Below are positions 7,140-15,803 of a stretch of DNA of 30,496 nt, piece after piece (the first letter of the stretch is position 1; the number at the start of each line of letters is the position of its first letter). Made by a program: the position numbers and the translations under genes. A model generated the notes under the pieces. The model saw nothing but the letters and a program-made list of their open reading frames with translations, was not told the origin of the DNA and made no database searches. Source of the stretch: Candidatus Woesearchaeota archaeon (GTDB taxonomy: Archaea > Nanobdellota > Nanobdellia > Woesearchaeales > SKIA01); assembly GCA_007128245.1 (NCBI GenBank), contig SKXU01000046.1, positions 1-30,496 on the forward strand, in the 5' to 3' direction.

Positions 7140-9494
7140 GTGAAATCAAAAGCAGTCCTTACTATAGCATTTATCGCTCTGATGATCACGGCAACGATTA
7201 CTGTGCTCTACGCTCCGAGCACCCCCACAGGTTTTACTGTGACCGCAGAGCCTCAAGAAACAGAAATAGGGGTTGATGACACAGTGTTTGTGCATTTCAC
7301 TATTAACCAAGTCACGAATCTTCATGGCTTTCAAGTAAGCCTTCAGTACAACCCAGCCATACTTGAGTTTCAAGGAATATCAATGGCTAATTCATTGTTT
7401 TCAGATCAGAGTTTCACCAATTTTAGTGCTGACACGAGTACCCCAGGTCAAGTAAATGATTTCATTGCAGTACTCACGCAAGAACAGGGCGTGTCGAGCA
7501 ACGGAGGATTGTTGTTTCGTGCTGAGTTCCAGGCAGTAGCCAGTGGGAGCTCTCCCATAACTATTTCTGAGCTGCTCTTAGCAAACAGTGATGCGCAGCC
7601 CATCGCAAAAAACCCTGTTGATTCTCAAATCACTGTTTCTGGAGAGCCAACACCGCCCCCTCCACCTCCCACTGTGGAGATTCTCGCACCAAGTAATAAT
7701 CAAGGCATCACACAAGAAACAGATTTTACTGCTCTTGCAACCTCCCAGGCAAGTATTCAGCACGTAAGATTCAGACTAGGAGTGCAAGAGATTGGTACTG
7801 TCACCTCTCAGAGCGATAATGAGTTCACCCTTAATTATGACACAACGCAAGTGTCAGATGCAGAGTACACACTCCGCGCTACTGCTCGGGACTCGTTTGA
7901 TCAGGAATCACACGCTGAAATTACTGTGCGTGTTGACAACACCGGACCTACCGTGACAGTCACCAGCCCTTCTGCTGGCGAGGTGAGCGATACCGTTACC
8001 GTCACTGCCACCGCTTCTGATCCTTCAGGAGTGCAAAGCGTTCGCTTCTTGCTTAACGGCGACCCTCTTTCGCCAGAAATCACTTCTGGACCCTACACCT
8101 TTGAGTGGGATACTACTTCAGTTGCTTCTGGAACGTACAATCTAGCTGCGCGCGCAACAGATACGCTCGGTAACCAGCGAATCTCAGCTCCTGTGCAAGT
8201 CACTATTGCTGAGCAGGAAGTCACTGACACAGAGCCCCCCACAGTCACCATCACAAACCCTGCTAGTGGTGCAGAGGTCTCAAACACTATCACTCTTTCA
8301 GTAACTGCCACGGACAATGTAGGAGTTGCTCGCGTGCACTTTCTTATCAACGGAGAATCTCTCGCAAACCGCACTGAAGCGCCATACACCGTTCAATGGA
8401 ACTCAAACACTGTTGAGAATGGAGAGCACACCCTTACTGCTCGCGCAACAGATCTCGCACAAAACAGTGCTGAAGATGAAATCACCTTTACCGTAAACAA
8501 CGTTGCAGACACCACACCTCCAAGCGTTACTATCACGAATCCTACTGCAGGATCAACGCTGACGTCCGGTACGCAATTAACACTCACAGTTGCTATCGAA
8601 GATGACGGAGACATCGAAAGTGTACAGTGGCGTATCGGCTCACAAAACCTAGGCTCTCCAGTAACGTCGAGCCCGTACTCGCGCACCTGGACTCCTTCAG
8701 GAACAGGTCAGCAAACCATCACTGCTCGCGCAACTGACGCAGCAGGCAATGTTGGCGAGGACAGCATTACCGTCACACTACAAGCACCTCCATCAATTCC
8801 CCCTCCTAGCTTTGGTGGCGGAGGCGGCGGAGGCGGCGGAGGAGCAGCTCCTCCTCCCACGACCACTCCTGAACCTGAGACTCCTGCAGAGGAAACCACT
8901 ACAGGTCCATCAACGCTTCTGATTAATTATGCGGGCGAGGGCGATGAGCTTGTTTCGCGAGTAACGCTCCAAGTACGCTCAGACAACGAGGATGGTCGAG
9001 TAACCTCTGCATACGATACAGACTTTAGCAATACTCCTGAAGGATTCGTGGGTTTGCAGCGCATCCTCTTTGATCTTGAAGGCTTTTCGTTCGCAGACGT
9101 TTCCCAAGCAACCGTAGTACTTCATGTTCCTCAACAATGGTTGGGCGAGCAAGGGTTATCCGCTAACGAAGTTGAGGTGTTACTTCTTGATCAAGGAACC
9201 TATCGTGCTCTTCCTGTGAGTATTCAGCAAGAGACTGCTGACGTTGCTCGCATCCAAACAGTGAGTAACCAACTAGGTGTTCTCGCAGTAGGTGTGCGTC
9301 ATGATGCTGAGTCTCAAGCAACAACGCAAGACACAACTACCCAGCCGCAAGTGCAAGAACCTACTCCTACCAGGAGAACTCCATGGAGAACCATTGCGAT
9401 AATTGTCCAGCTTGTTGGTGCACTCGTGCTTATCATCTGGGGATACACCAAGATTCATGGTACCGGACCAGCAACGCCGCCGACCTTAAAATAA
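7140..9494 (+). CDS. Cell-surface protein: cohesin-like domain, four Ig-like (Big-type) repeats, Gly/Pro linker, PGF-pre-PGF-like domain, C-terminal TM helix
   Basis: N-terminal hydrophobic signal then PTGF. Cohesin-like GFQVSLQYNPAILEF. Four P[TS]V-x-[IV]-x-x-P ... L-x-A-x-A-x-D repeats (about 7668, 7935, 8226, 8508). Ten Gly codons at 8814-8843; TM segment near the C-terminus. Confidence 0.82.
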   Translation: MKSKAVLTIAFIALMITATITVLYAPSTPTGFTVTAEPQETEIGVDDTVFVHFTINQVTNLHGFQVSLQYNPAILEFQGISMANSLFSDQSFTNFSADTSTPGQVNDFIAVLTQEQGVSSNGGLLFRAEFQAVASGSSPITISELLLANSDAQPIAKNPVDSQITVSGEPTPPPPPPTVEILAPSNNQGITQETDFTALATSQASIQHVRFRLGVQEIGTVTSQSDNEFTLNYDTTQVSDAEYTLRATARDSFDQESHAEITVRVDNTGPTVTVTSPSAGEVSDTVTVTATASDPSGVQSVRFLLNGDPLSPEITSGPYTFEWDTTSVASGTYNLAARATDTLGNQRISAPVQVTIAEQEVTDTEPPTVTITNPASGAEVSNTITLSVTATDNVGVARVHFLINGESLANRTEAPYTVQWNSNTVENGEHTLTARATDLAQNSAEDEITFTVNNVADTTPPSVTITNPTAGSTLTSGTQLTLTVAIEDDGDIESVQWRIGSQNLGSPVTSSPYSRTWTPSGTGQQTITARATDAAGNVGEDSITVTLQAPPSIPPPSFGGGGGGGGGGAAPPPTTTPEPETPAEETTTGPSTLLINYAGEGDELVSRVTLQVRSDNEDGRVTSAYDTDFSNTPEGFVGLQRILFDLEGFSFADVSQATVVLHVPQQWLGEQGLSANEVEVLLLDQGTYRALPVSIQQETADVARIQTVSNQLGVLAVGVRHDAESQATTQDTTTQPQVQEPTPTRRTPWRTIAIIVQLVGALVLIIWGYTKIHGTGPATPPTLK

Positions 9495-9686
9495 GGTTCC
9501 TGCTGTGCAAGCGATATCGTTTTGTAACACAGATATTCCTGTAATTCCTAGTGTCATCGCACCAGACCCTACAAGGATGAGGAGTTCTCGATAAACACGT
9601 GTGGTCACACTTAAGCTGACAAAGAGTCCTCCGAGTACGGTCAGAAGCAAGCAGATAGATACGAAGATTCCTTTACTCAAGCACAT
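9486..9686 (-). CDS. Small two-TM hypothetical membrane protein
   Basis: 66 aa with two hydrophobic stretches. ATG abuts the htpX stop, suggesting a third gene in the lemA-htpX operon. Confidence 0.5.
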   Translation of the reverse strand: MCLSKGIFVSICLLLTVLGGLFVSLSVTTRVYRELLILVGSGAMTLGITGISVLQNDIACTAGTLF

Positions 9687-10583
9687 TTACATCATCTCTA
9701 ATCGTTTGATTCTTTCTTCAATAGGCGGGTGTGTTGAGAACATGCGCGCCCAGAAACCCGTTTTTTTCCGCTCAGGATTACTAATGAATAAGTGGTTTGT
9801 TGCTTGATTTGCGATTCGCTCAGCAGGCTTAGGATCGTTTGCTATCTTTCTAAGCGCTCCTGCGAGTCCTGGAGGATACCTCGTAATCACTGCAGCTCCT
9901 GCGTCTGCGGCGTATTCTCGCTTGCGACTAATACCAAGACGTATCATCTCTGCGATGATGGGCGAGAGGATTGCAAGAACAATAGCTACAAGTAGGAGAA
10001 TTGCTTGGCCTTTTCCTCCTCGACTTCTTCCTCCGCTAAAAAACATGCTTCGGAGCAGGAATTGTGAGAGAAATAGGAGGATTCCCGTGATGACTGCTGC
10101 CACCATCATTACTCGGATATCATAGTTACGGATGTGTGCGAGCTCGTGCGCAATCACCCCCTCCAGTTCTTGTCGGTTGAGTGTCTTGATAAGTCCTGTT
10201 GTAAGTACTACCGCTCCGTCCTCAGGACTTCTTCCTGTTGCAAAGGCATTAAGGGCGGGAGTGTCTATGACGTACATTTTTGGCGTCGGAATGCCTGCAG
10301 CAAGCGACATTCCTTCGATTGCATGGTATGCGTGAGGAAATTCATTTTTTGTGAGTTCTCGCGCCCCCACCATTTTTGTGATGAGGGTGCGTCCTTGCAT
10401 GTACGCAATGAGTGCGTATACTGAGGCTGCGATGAGCGTTAAGATCGCTCCAAATAACAGACTGTCCCACACCCACCCTATTGCAAGCCCGATAAGGGTC
10501 ATGAGCACAAGGAAGAATCCTATGAGGAGTGCTGATCGTAAATTGTTCTTTCGTATCTCATCAAAACTGACGAGGGTTGCCAT
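9687..10583 (-). CDS. htpX: Membrane zinc metalloprotease HtpX (M48)
   Basis: PNAFATG-like ALNAFATG, HELAH zinc motif, SRKREYAADAG, FSTHPPIEERI; four TM segments. Confidence 0.96.
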   Translation of the reverse strand: MATLVSFDEIRKNNLRSALLIGFFLVLMTLIGLAIGWVWDSLLFGAILTLIAASVYALIAYMQGRTLITKMVGARELTKNEFPHAYHAIEGMSLAAGIPTPKMYVIDTPALNAFATGRSPEDGAVVLTTGLIKTLNRQELEGVIAHELAHIRNYDIRVMMVAAVITGILLFLSQFLLRSMFFSGGRSRGGKGQAILLLVAIVLAILSPIIAEMIRLGISRKREYAADAGAAVITRYPPGLAGALRKIANDPKPAERIANQATNHLFISNPERKKTGFWARMFSTHPPIEERIKRLEMM

Positions 10584-10589
10584 AGGAAG

Positions 10590-11138
10590 CTAAAACTGCA
10601 CCTTTACAGGTTCTTTGTCTGCATCCGCTGCTTCAAAGCTATCACGTTTCTCAAACTTAAGTGCTCCTGCAAACAGGTTTGTTGGAAATACCTCTAATTT
10701 TGTATTGTAGCGCATCACCATGTCGTTGTAGTGTTGCCGCGAGTACGCCACTTTGTTTTCAGTTCCGACAAGTTCTTCTTGGAGTTGCAAAAAGTTTTGG
10801 TTTGCCTTTAGGTCAGGATAGTTTTCCGACACAGCAAAAAGGCTTTTGAGCGCTCCTGTCAGCATATTGTTTGCTTCCGCCTTCTCAGTAGGTGTCTGTG
10901 CAGACATCATCTGGGTGCGAGCTTTGGTTACTTCTGTCAAAACACTTTTTTCGTGCTTCATATACCCTTTTACTGATTCAATAAGGTTCGGAATAAGGTC
11001 TGTGCGTCGTTTGAGTTGCACATCAATTTGCGCCCATGCATTCACTACCTGATTGCGCACGCGCACCAATGCGTTGTATGTAAGAATAATCCACAAAACC
11101 ACTACCGCGATACTAATGCCAATAATCCATCCAATCAT
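10590..11138 (-). CDS. lemA: LemA family protein
   Basis: YNALV...NAWAQIDVQLKRRTDLIPNL, ENYPDLKANQNFLQLQEEL. Start moved to ATG 11138, with a TTTATAAG box about 25 nt upstream. Confidence 0.96.
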   Translation of the reverse strand: MIGWIIGISIAVVVLWIILTYNALVRVRNQVVNAWAQIDVQLKRRTDLIPNLIESVKGYMKHEKSVLTEVTKARTQMMSAQTPTEKAEANNMLTGALKSLFAVSENYPDLKANQNFLQLQEELVGTENKVAYSRQHYNDMVMRYNTKLEVFPTNLFAGALKFEKRDSFEAADADKEPVKVQF

Positions 11139-11175
11139 GTATATATGTGAGTTTAGCTGCTTATAAACCTTGCGA

Positions 11176-12195
11176 CTACAGCCAGGATTGTGGAAGCAGT
11201 CGCTGAGTCCATGAAGGCTTTTCGCCTTCTTTTTGCGTCTTGAGAAGCACGTATTTTTTCTCTGTCCGGTTAAGACGAGCAAGGAGTTCTTGTCTTTTTT
11301 GTTGTTCGTTTTGGATTTTCTCCGCTAATAAAACACAATCTTTTTTGACGCGAGCAAGCTCATTTTTTGTATTTTTGAGTTCTTGATGATAATCCTTGCG
11401 TGCCTGTGCACGAACATCCCGTATATCACTACATTCCGATGATTTTGCTTGTAGTTGAGAACGCAACGTAGCAGTTTGTTCTTGCATCACGGCAAGCTGT
11501 TGCACGTGTTTTTTGAGTTCTTTTTGGGCAGTCTTCAGGTTTCGCTCCGCAGTTTTGAGTTTTTTTTGTTCTCTTCGTTTCTCCGTTTTCTCCATACAAA
11601 GCGCGTTTTTTAATTGCACCACCTCGTCTACACGTTCAGATAGAATCGTTGTTACTTCTTCGAGTTTTTGTTGTTGTTGTGCAAATACGCGTTTGTACTC
11701 AGTAAATTCTTTTTGCATTTCCTCGCGAACATGTTCTTCTTGTTTGAGCGCCTCTTTTTTTGTTGCGATAGCTTTTCTCAATTGGGCAAGCTCCGCGGTT
11801 TTCTCTGCGAGAGCACGTTCTTGTCGAGCAAACATGTCTTGTTGTTGTTGAATCTGCCGCGCTTTTTTTGCGAGCTTTCTCTGTTGCTCCCTTAAGGCAT
11901 CATCCTTGGGAGGGACATATCCTCCTTTTGCTGACTTCATTGCAAGACTAATCGTCTGCTTGAAGTCTCCGTGCACGTCATAGTACTGTTTTGACAAAAT
12001 AAACGAACTGCGTAAGCCCCGTTTAACCACCACAGCGCCCTGATCTTCGAGTACTTCGACCCATCTCCCTACAATTGATGAGCTTGTTCCAAGAATGTGA
12101 GCAGCGTCACTTATAGTAATTTTGTGCGTCTCTTCAACGAGCGCCAGTAACTTGTCGGCACCAGTAAGAATAGGTGCGTGAATCCCCCCGGACAT
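11176..12195 (-). CDS. Hypothetical protein: N-terminal winged-HTH-like domain and long coiled coil
   Basis: ITISDAAHILGTSSSIVGRWVEVLEDQG resembles an HTH with wing; about 230 aa of K/E/Q heptads follow. Confidence 0.75.
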   Translation of the reverse strand: MSGGIHAPILTGADKLLALVEETHKITISDAAHILGTSSSIVGRWVEVLEDQGAVVVKRGLRSSFILSKQYYDVHGDFKQTISLAMKSAKGGYVPPKDDALREQQRKLAKKARQIQQQQDMFARQERALAEKTAELAQLRKAIATKKEALKQEEHVREEMQKEFTEYKRVFAQQQQKLEEVTTILSERVDEVVQLKNALCMEKTEKRREQKKLKTAERNLKTAQKELKKHVQQLAVMQEQTATLRSQLQAKSSECSDIRDVRAQARKDYHQELKNTKNELARVKKDCVLLAEKIQNEQQKRQELLARLNRTEKKYVLLKTQKEGEKPSWTQRLLPQSWL

Positions 12196-12230
12196 GTGAG
12201 GGGAAGTGCGTACGTATATAAAAACATTAC

Positions 12231-12258
12231 TGTTTCGACACTACTTGATAGTGAAACA
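12231..12258 (-). terminator. Hairpin directly after SDR stop
   Basis: TGTTT-CGA-CACTA-CTTGA-TAGTG-AAACA inverted repeat immediately after the stop at 12259. Confidence 0.35.
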
Positions 12259-12900
12259 TCAATATTCTCTCGTGCTATAGGTATGGTCACCCTCTACGTA
12301 CTCAAGAACACCCTCAGAAGAATCAATAAATGCACGCATCAAATTAGCAACGTGCTCAGCAGAATGCAAGGTGCGCATCGCATACCCTTGCGCTGAATGA
12401 CCATGGCGACTCACTCCCCCCTCAAAAGGACCTAAAAACGCTTGTTTTACACGTACACCCTCCTGTGAAAACACCTCAGAAAGTAACGATAACATGTTTT
12501 TCGTTAATGAATACATAGCAGGATCAGGTTCGAGACGCATCCCATGACGACTATTAACAAACACGACAACAGCATCTGTTGATAAGAGAGTGTGACGAGT
12601 CACATTCCACACCCCAAACACATTTACATCAAACAACAACCGCGCATCTTCAAAAGAAATATCCAACACGCCCTCTCTGCGCATAATCCCTGCGTTATTA
12701 ATCAATACATCAACAGACCCGACGCGCTCAAGCACTTCCTTGAGTGCAGAATCACAAACACTTACCGTATGATATGTAACGTGCTCAAGAGGTTGCTGCG
12801 GATCAACCACATCAATGCTGTGTACGTCCCCTTCAAAAGATTTGCACAGTGCATGCCCAAGGCCTGCTGCTCCTCCCGTAATCAGTACTCGCGGCCGCAT
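12259..12900 (-). CDS. Short-chain dehydrogenase/reductase (SDR)
   Basis: VLITGGAAGLG, DVLINNAG, YSLTK (YxxxK). True start is ATG 12900; the ORF-track extension to 12987 is tRNA sequence. Confidence 0.88.
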   Translation of the reverse strand: MRPRVLITGGAAGLGHALCKSFEGDVHSIDVVDPQQPLEHVTYHTVSVCDSALKEVLERVGSVDVLINNAGIMRREGVLDISFEDARLLFDVNVFGVWNVTRHTLLSTDAVVVFVNSRHGMRLEPDPAMYSLTKNMLSLLSEVFSQEGVRVKQAFLGPFEGGVSRHGHSAQGYAMRTLHSAEHVANLMRAFIDSSEGVLEYVEGDHTYSTREY

Positions 12901-12904
12901 AAGA

Positions 12905-13030
12905 TGCGAATGGCCGGATTTGAACCGGCGACCCCAACGTTTCACACATTCTGTCATTAGCCGATATCCATCGACCTCAGTGCTCACTTGCTATGAGCGT
13001 TGTGCTCTAACCAGTCTGAGCTACATTCGC
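12905..13030 (-). tRNA. tRNA-Met(CAT), probably elongator, with a 51-nt intron at 37/38 (intron 12941-12991)
   Basis: GCGAATG/CATTCGC acceptor, A73, GCTC/GAGC D-stem, CAACG/CGTTG anticodon stem, GCCGG-TTCAAAT-CCGGC T-arm. 75 nt after intron removal; CCA not encoded. Ile2 identity cannot be fully excluded. Confidence 0.93.
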
Positions 13031-13067
13031 GATACAACACGAACCAACCCAGCCTTTAAAAACGTTT

Positions 13068-13934
13068 TTAAGAAATTCTCTGGTATTGTGCTCTAGTGGA
13101 GCGAGCTGCGCGGTCAGCGAGTATTTTGTTTCGCACAAGAAACCGCTCCACGCCATAATAACAGTTGGCTAGTCCGTGTATGGCATGCAGATATCTTTCT
13201 TTACGCTCATCTTCTGGGATTGTTTCTCGTTCATTTAGCAACGCCACGTAATTGTCCGCGTTACCGAGGAGTGGTTGAATAAGATTAAATAGGGAGGGAT
13301 ATTCGGATGCATACGTGTCTGCAATAGCTTTTTTGAAGTCTTGGTGGCGAGTGCTTCCGCTAAGATGCAGCATTTCTCTCATCGCATGCATAGGCTTTTC
13401 TGTAAGGATGTGTACGAATCCGAGAAATTCATCTTCGTTTCGGCCCGACTTAGCATAAGCGTTATTGAGTCGTCGCCAGTATCCTTCCACGGAACGTTGT
13501 ACAGAGACTTCAACAGGGTCAGGGTCGTTTGGTAAAAGTGCCAATGGGTTTTCCCCTAATAGGCGTGCATAAGGTAAGACATGGGCAAGGTGTCTTGAGA
13601 AACCTGGGTCAAGACCAGGAGTCAAGTCCTCTTCAATGGCTGCTGCTGTAAGGATTCTGGTGTTGATCTGTACGCCGAATTCGTGGTACACCTCAGAAAT
13701 GGCGTCCCTGATTACTGCTAAATGTTTAGCACGGTCAATAATTAAAAGAATATCAATATCAGACGCACGATGAGCATCACCGCGCACATGGGATCCATAT
13801 GTCATATAACTCAACACACGGGAACCAATGTGGTCGTTGACCGCTGCTTTTTCAAACCTATTCAAGGCTTTTGAAAAGTCGTTCTGAGCTGGGATAACGC
13901 CATTCACGAAGACATCTGGCGGATAAATGATCAT
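13068..13934 (-). CDS. Pol-beta-superfamily nucleotidyltransferase domain with helical C-terminal domain
   Basis: YGSHVRGDAHRASDIDILLII matches GS-x-x-RG-x(5)-SDID. Own TTTTATAAG box about 25 nt upstream. Confidence 0.82.
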   Translation of the reverse strand: MIIYPPDVFVNGVIPAQNDFSKALNRFEKAAVNDHIGSRVLSYMTYGSHVRGDAHRASDIDILLIIDRAKHLAVIRDAISEVYHEFGVQINTRILTAAAIEEDLTPGLDPGFSRHLAHVLPYARLLGENPLALLPNDPDPVEVSVQRSVEGYWRRLNNAYAKSGRNEDEFLGFVHILTEKPMHAMREMLHLSGSTRHQDFKKAIADTYASEYPSLFNLIQPLLGNADNYVALLNERETIPEDERKERYLHAIHGLANCYYGVERFLVRNKILADRAARSTRAQYQRIS

Positions 13935-14031
13935 TCGTGAGCGAAATCGCGGTGCCTTATAAAATTACTTCTTGGAAGTGAAAACAATTAGAAGACACAA
14001 ATAAATTGCGTGTATTCATTCAGTTTACTCA

Positions 14032-14103
14032 TGGACTCGCCGGGAGTTGAACCCGGAGTCTCTCCATAGCCAATGGAGTGTCCTACCATTAGACCACGAG
14101 CCC
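14032..14103 (-). tRNA. tRNA-Ala(GGC)
   Basis: GGGCTCG/CGAGTCC acceptor with G3:U70 and A73. CTCCA-TTGGCTA-TGGAG anticodon arm; CCGGG-TTCAACT-CCCGG T-arm. 72 nt; TTTAAA box about 25 nt upstream. Confidence 0.95.
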
Positions 14104-14140
14104 GTACAGAAAGAAACAAGGAAGTGGTTTAAAAAAGTAT

Positions 14141-14368
14141 TTAGAAGGATCCCGTGTCAAACGCGAGGCGAATGTCTCGCGCCTTCACCGTTTTTCTCCC
14201 GGAGTGTTTTGAAATTTTCACTGCGGATTCTGAAATGCTGTGAGCAATCTCTGATATCTCTTGCGCCATGCGCTCAGCACCAGAAGCAGACACGCGCTTT
14301 GCGCCGCTCTCAGACATGATGCGCTCAACAGGAGCAACGGGAATTGGTGTTAATGATTTTCTTGGCAT
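14141..14368 (-). CDS. Archaeal histone, canonical HMf-like
   Basis: IPVAPVERIMSESGAKRVS...HSGRKTVKARDIRLA aligns with HMfA/B hallmarks (PxAP, RVS, RKTxKxxDI). Confidence 0.94.
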   Translation of the reverse strand: MPRKSLTPIPVAPVERIMSESGAKRVSASGAERMAQEISEIAHSISESAVKISKHSGRKTVKARDIRLAFDTGSF

Positions 14369-14486
14369 GCTAATGCTAATGCGCGCCCCTATTTAACCTT
14401 TTTGGCGAGAAAACGACGATAAACAGAACAGGTTCCATTTGATTTGATTCACAACAATTATAAATGTTGACTACTTATCAGTAACT

Positions 14487-15803
14487 ATGACTCTGGATGG
14501 TTTACTACAGGGCATGGTTCGTATTGAGCAACCTGATGGTTCAGTGCGATATATGCCACAGGACGTATTTGATGCTCAAGAGCAACGTAAAACAGAAGCA
14601 AAAGGTATTCTTGATGCCCACACAGGACTTATCCCGCAAAACGGAACGGAGCTTTTAGAGGGATTAGTGCAGGGGAAATGGGATTTAAAACCTGAAGAGA
14701 TGAGGCAATGGATGAGGGCCGTTCAGAGAAACGAACGTGCTAAAATTCCGCCAATCTGGAATCAAGACATTTATACAGATACGTCTTTCACGGACGATTC
14801 AGGCAGAGTAATCACTAGGTTTCCCGTCATAGACCAAGTCATTAACATCGGCGTTTTAAACTTGAAAGAAAAGTTTTCACGATCATATCAAGACCCTGTA
14901 ACACCTAGAATGATATGGAAATTCAGAGATTACTTGCTTAGAGATGATATCAGCACAGCTGTGTTTGAAGAAATCGCTGATATTCGAAAACAAGGATACG
15001 GAGTTCAGAAAACCAGTGACATCAGACGAGTGCTCTCGTATTTAGGAAGTATTTTAGAGAACTATCCTCGGCGCGAAATAGTGTTGGATGATAAAGTGCC
15101 AAAAGACGCATTGCAAGCTGTTCAAAGACGAATGTGGTTTGCACATCAAACACCACAAGCAGTAGAAGATACGGTTGCTCAGTACTGGAACCAATTTCTA
15201 GAAGTTGCACAGGAAGCAGGGGATTTACCATACAAAACTCTTGCCCAAGAGCATCCTCGAACGGCACAAGCACACAGGATTCACAGGCAATTTCCGGACC
15301 TATTTCCACAAGAAGATCGCCTAACGGAGCTAATAGGAATGTCGCACGGAGAACAACTTGCATACATCTCAATAAGATCAGGAGAGGATTTTTCCTTACT
15401 TACTAAACGCACAATGGAGGAATTACCTGCACCACTTCGCAACCAAGTATTAGAAGCAATGAACCTCCGGGGAGAAACTGCGGACGTACCACTTGAACAC
15501 TATTTTACAGATAGAAGTAGATTTCTTGCTAGCATTGGTATGAGTCCAACACTAAAAGACGACTTGGCTGACGCAATTGATCACTGGGCGGCTACTCGAA
15601 TTGGTCAAGCTCAGTTTGAGGAGTTAGTGCCATTAACACACGCTTATGACAACTTCTTAACTGTTTCTAGACAAAAACCGCGAGCAAAAGATACACTATT
15701 TAAGAGGCTACGAGAAAGAGCAGAGGGAGCAAACGATCCCCGTGCTCACCTTGTCGAGCAAGGAATTCGAGACTATGTGGCTGACGCCGCAACCCGGATT
15801 TGA
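14487..15803 (+). CDS. Hypothetical 438-aa helical protein with no recognisable motif
   Basis: Long open frame with a TTATAAA box about 25 nt upstream. The stop codon lies inside the antisense of tRNA-Ser. Confidence 0.75.
   Translation: MTLDGLLQGMVRIEQPDGSVRYMPQDVFDAQEQRKTEAKGILDAHTGLIPQNGTELLEGLVQGKWDLKPEEMRQWMRAVQRNERAKIPPIWNQDIYTDTSFTDDSGRVITRFPVIDQVINIGVLNLKEKFSRSYQDPVTPRMIWKFRDYLLRDDISTAVFEEIADIRKQGYGVQKTSDIRRVLSYLGSILENYPRREIVLDDKVPKDALQAVQRRMWFAHQTPQAVEDTVAQYWNQFLEVAQEAGDLPYKTLAQEHPRTAQAHRIHRQFPDLFPQEDRLTELIGMSHGEQLAYISIRSGEDFSLLTKRTMEELPAPLRNQVLEAMNLRGETADVPLEHYFTDRSRFLASIGMSPTLKDDLADAIDHWAATRIGQAQFEELVPLTHAYDNFLTVSRQKPRAKDTLFKRLRERAEGANDPRAHLVEQGIRDYVADAATRI

Noticed and set aside
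8814-8843. GGCGGAGGC-type repeat as a phase-variation tract
   Set aside because: Encodes an ordinary poly-Gly linker with mixed codons; unit changes would be in frame.
14062-14078. tRNA-Ala(GGC) has U rather than a purine at position 37
   Set aside because: Unusual in general, but I recall the same in some euryarchaeal Ala(GGC) tRNAs (not verified). All other identity elements are normal, so it is neither called a pseudogene nor novel.
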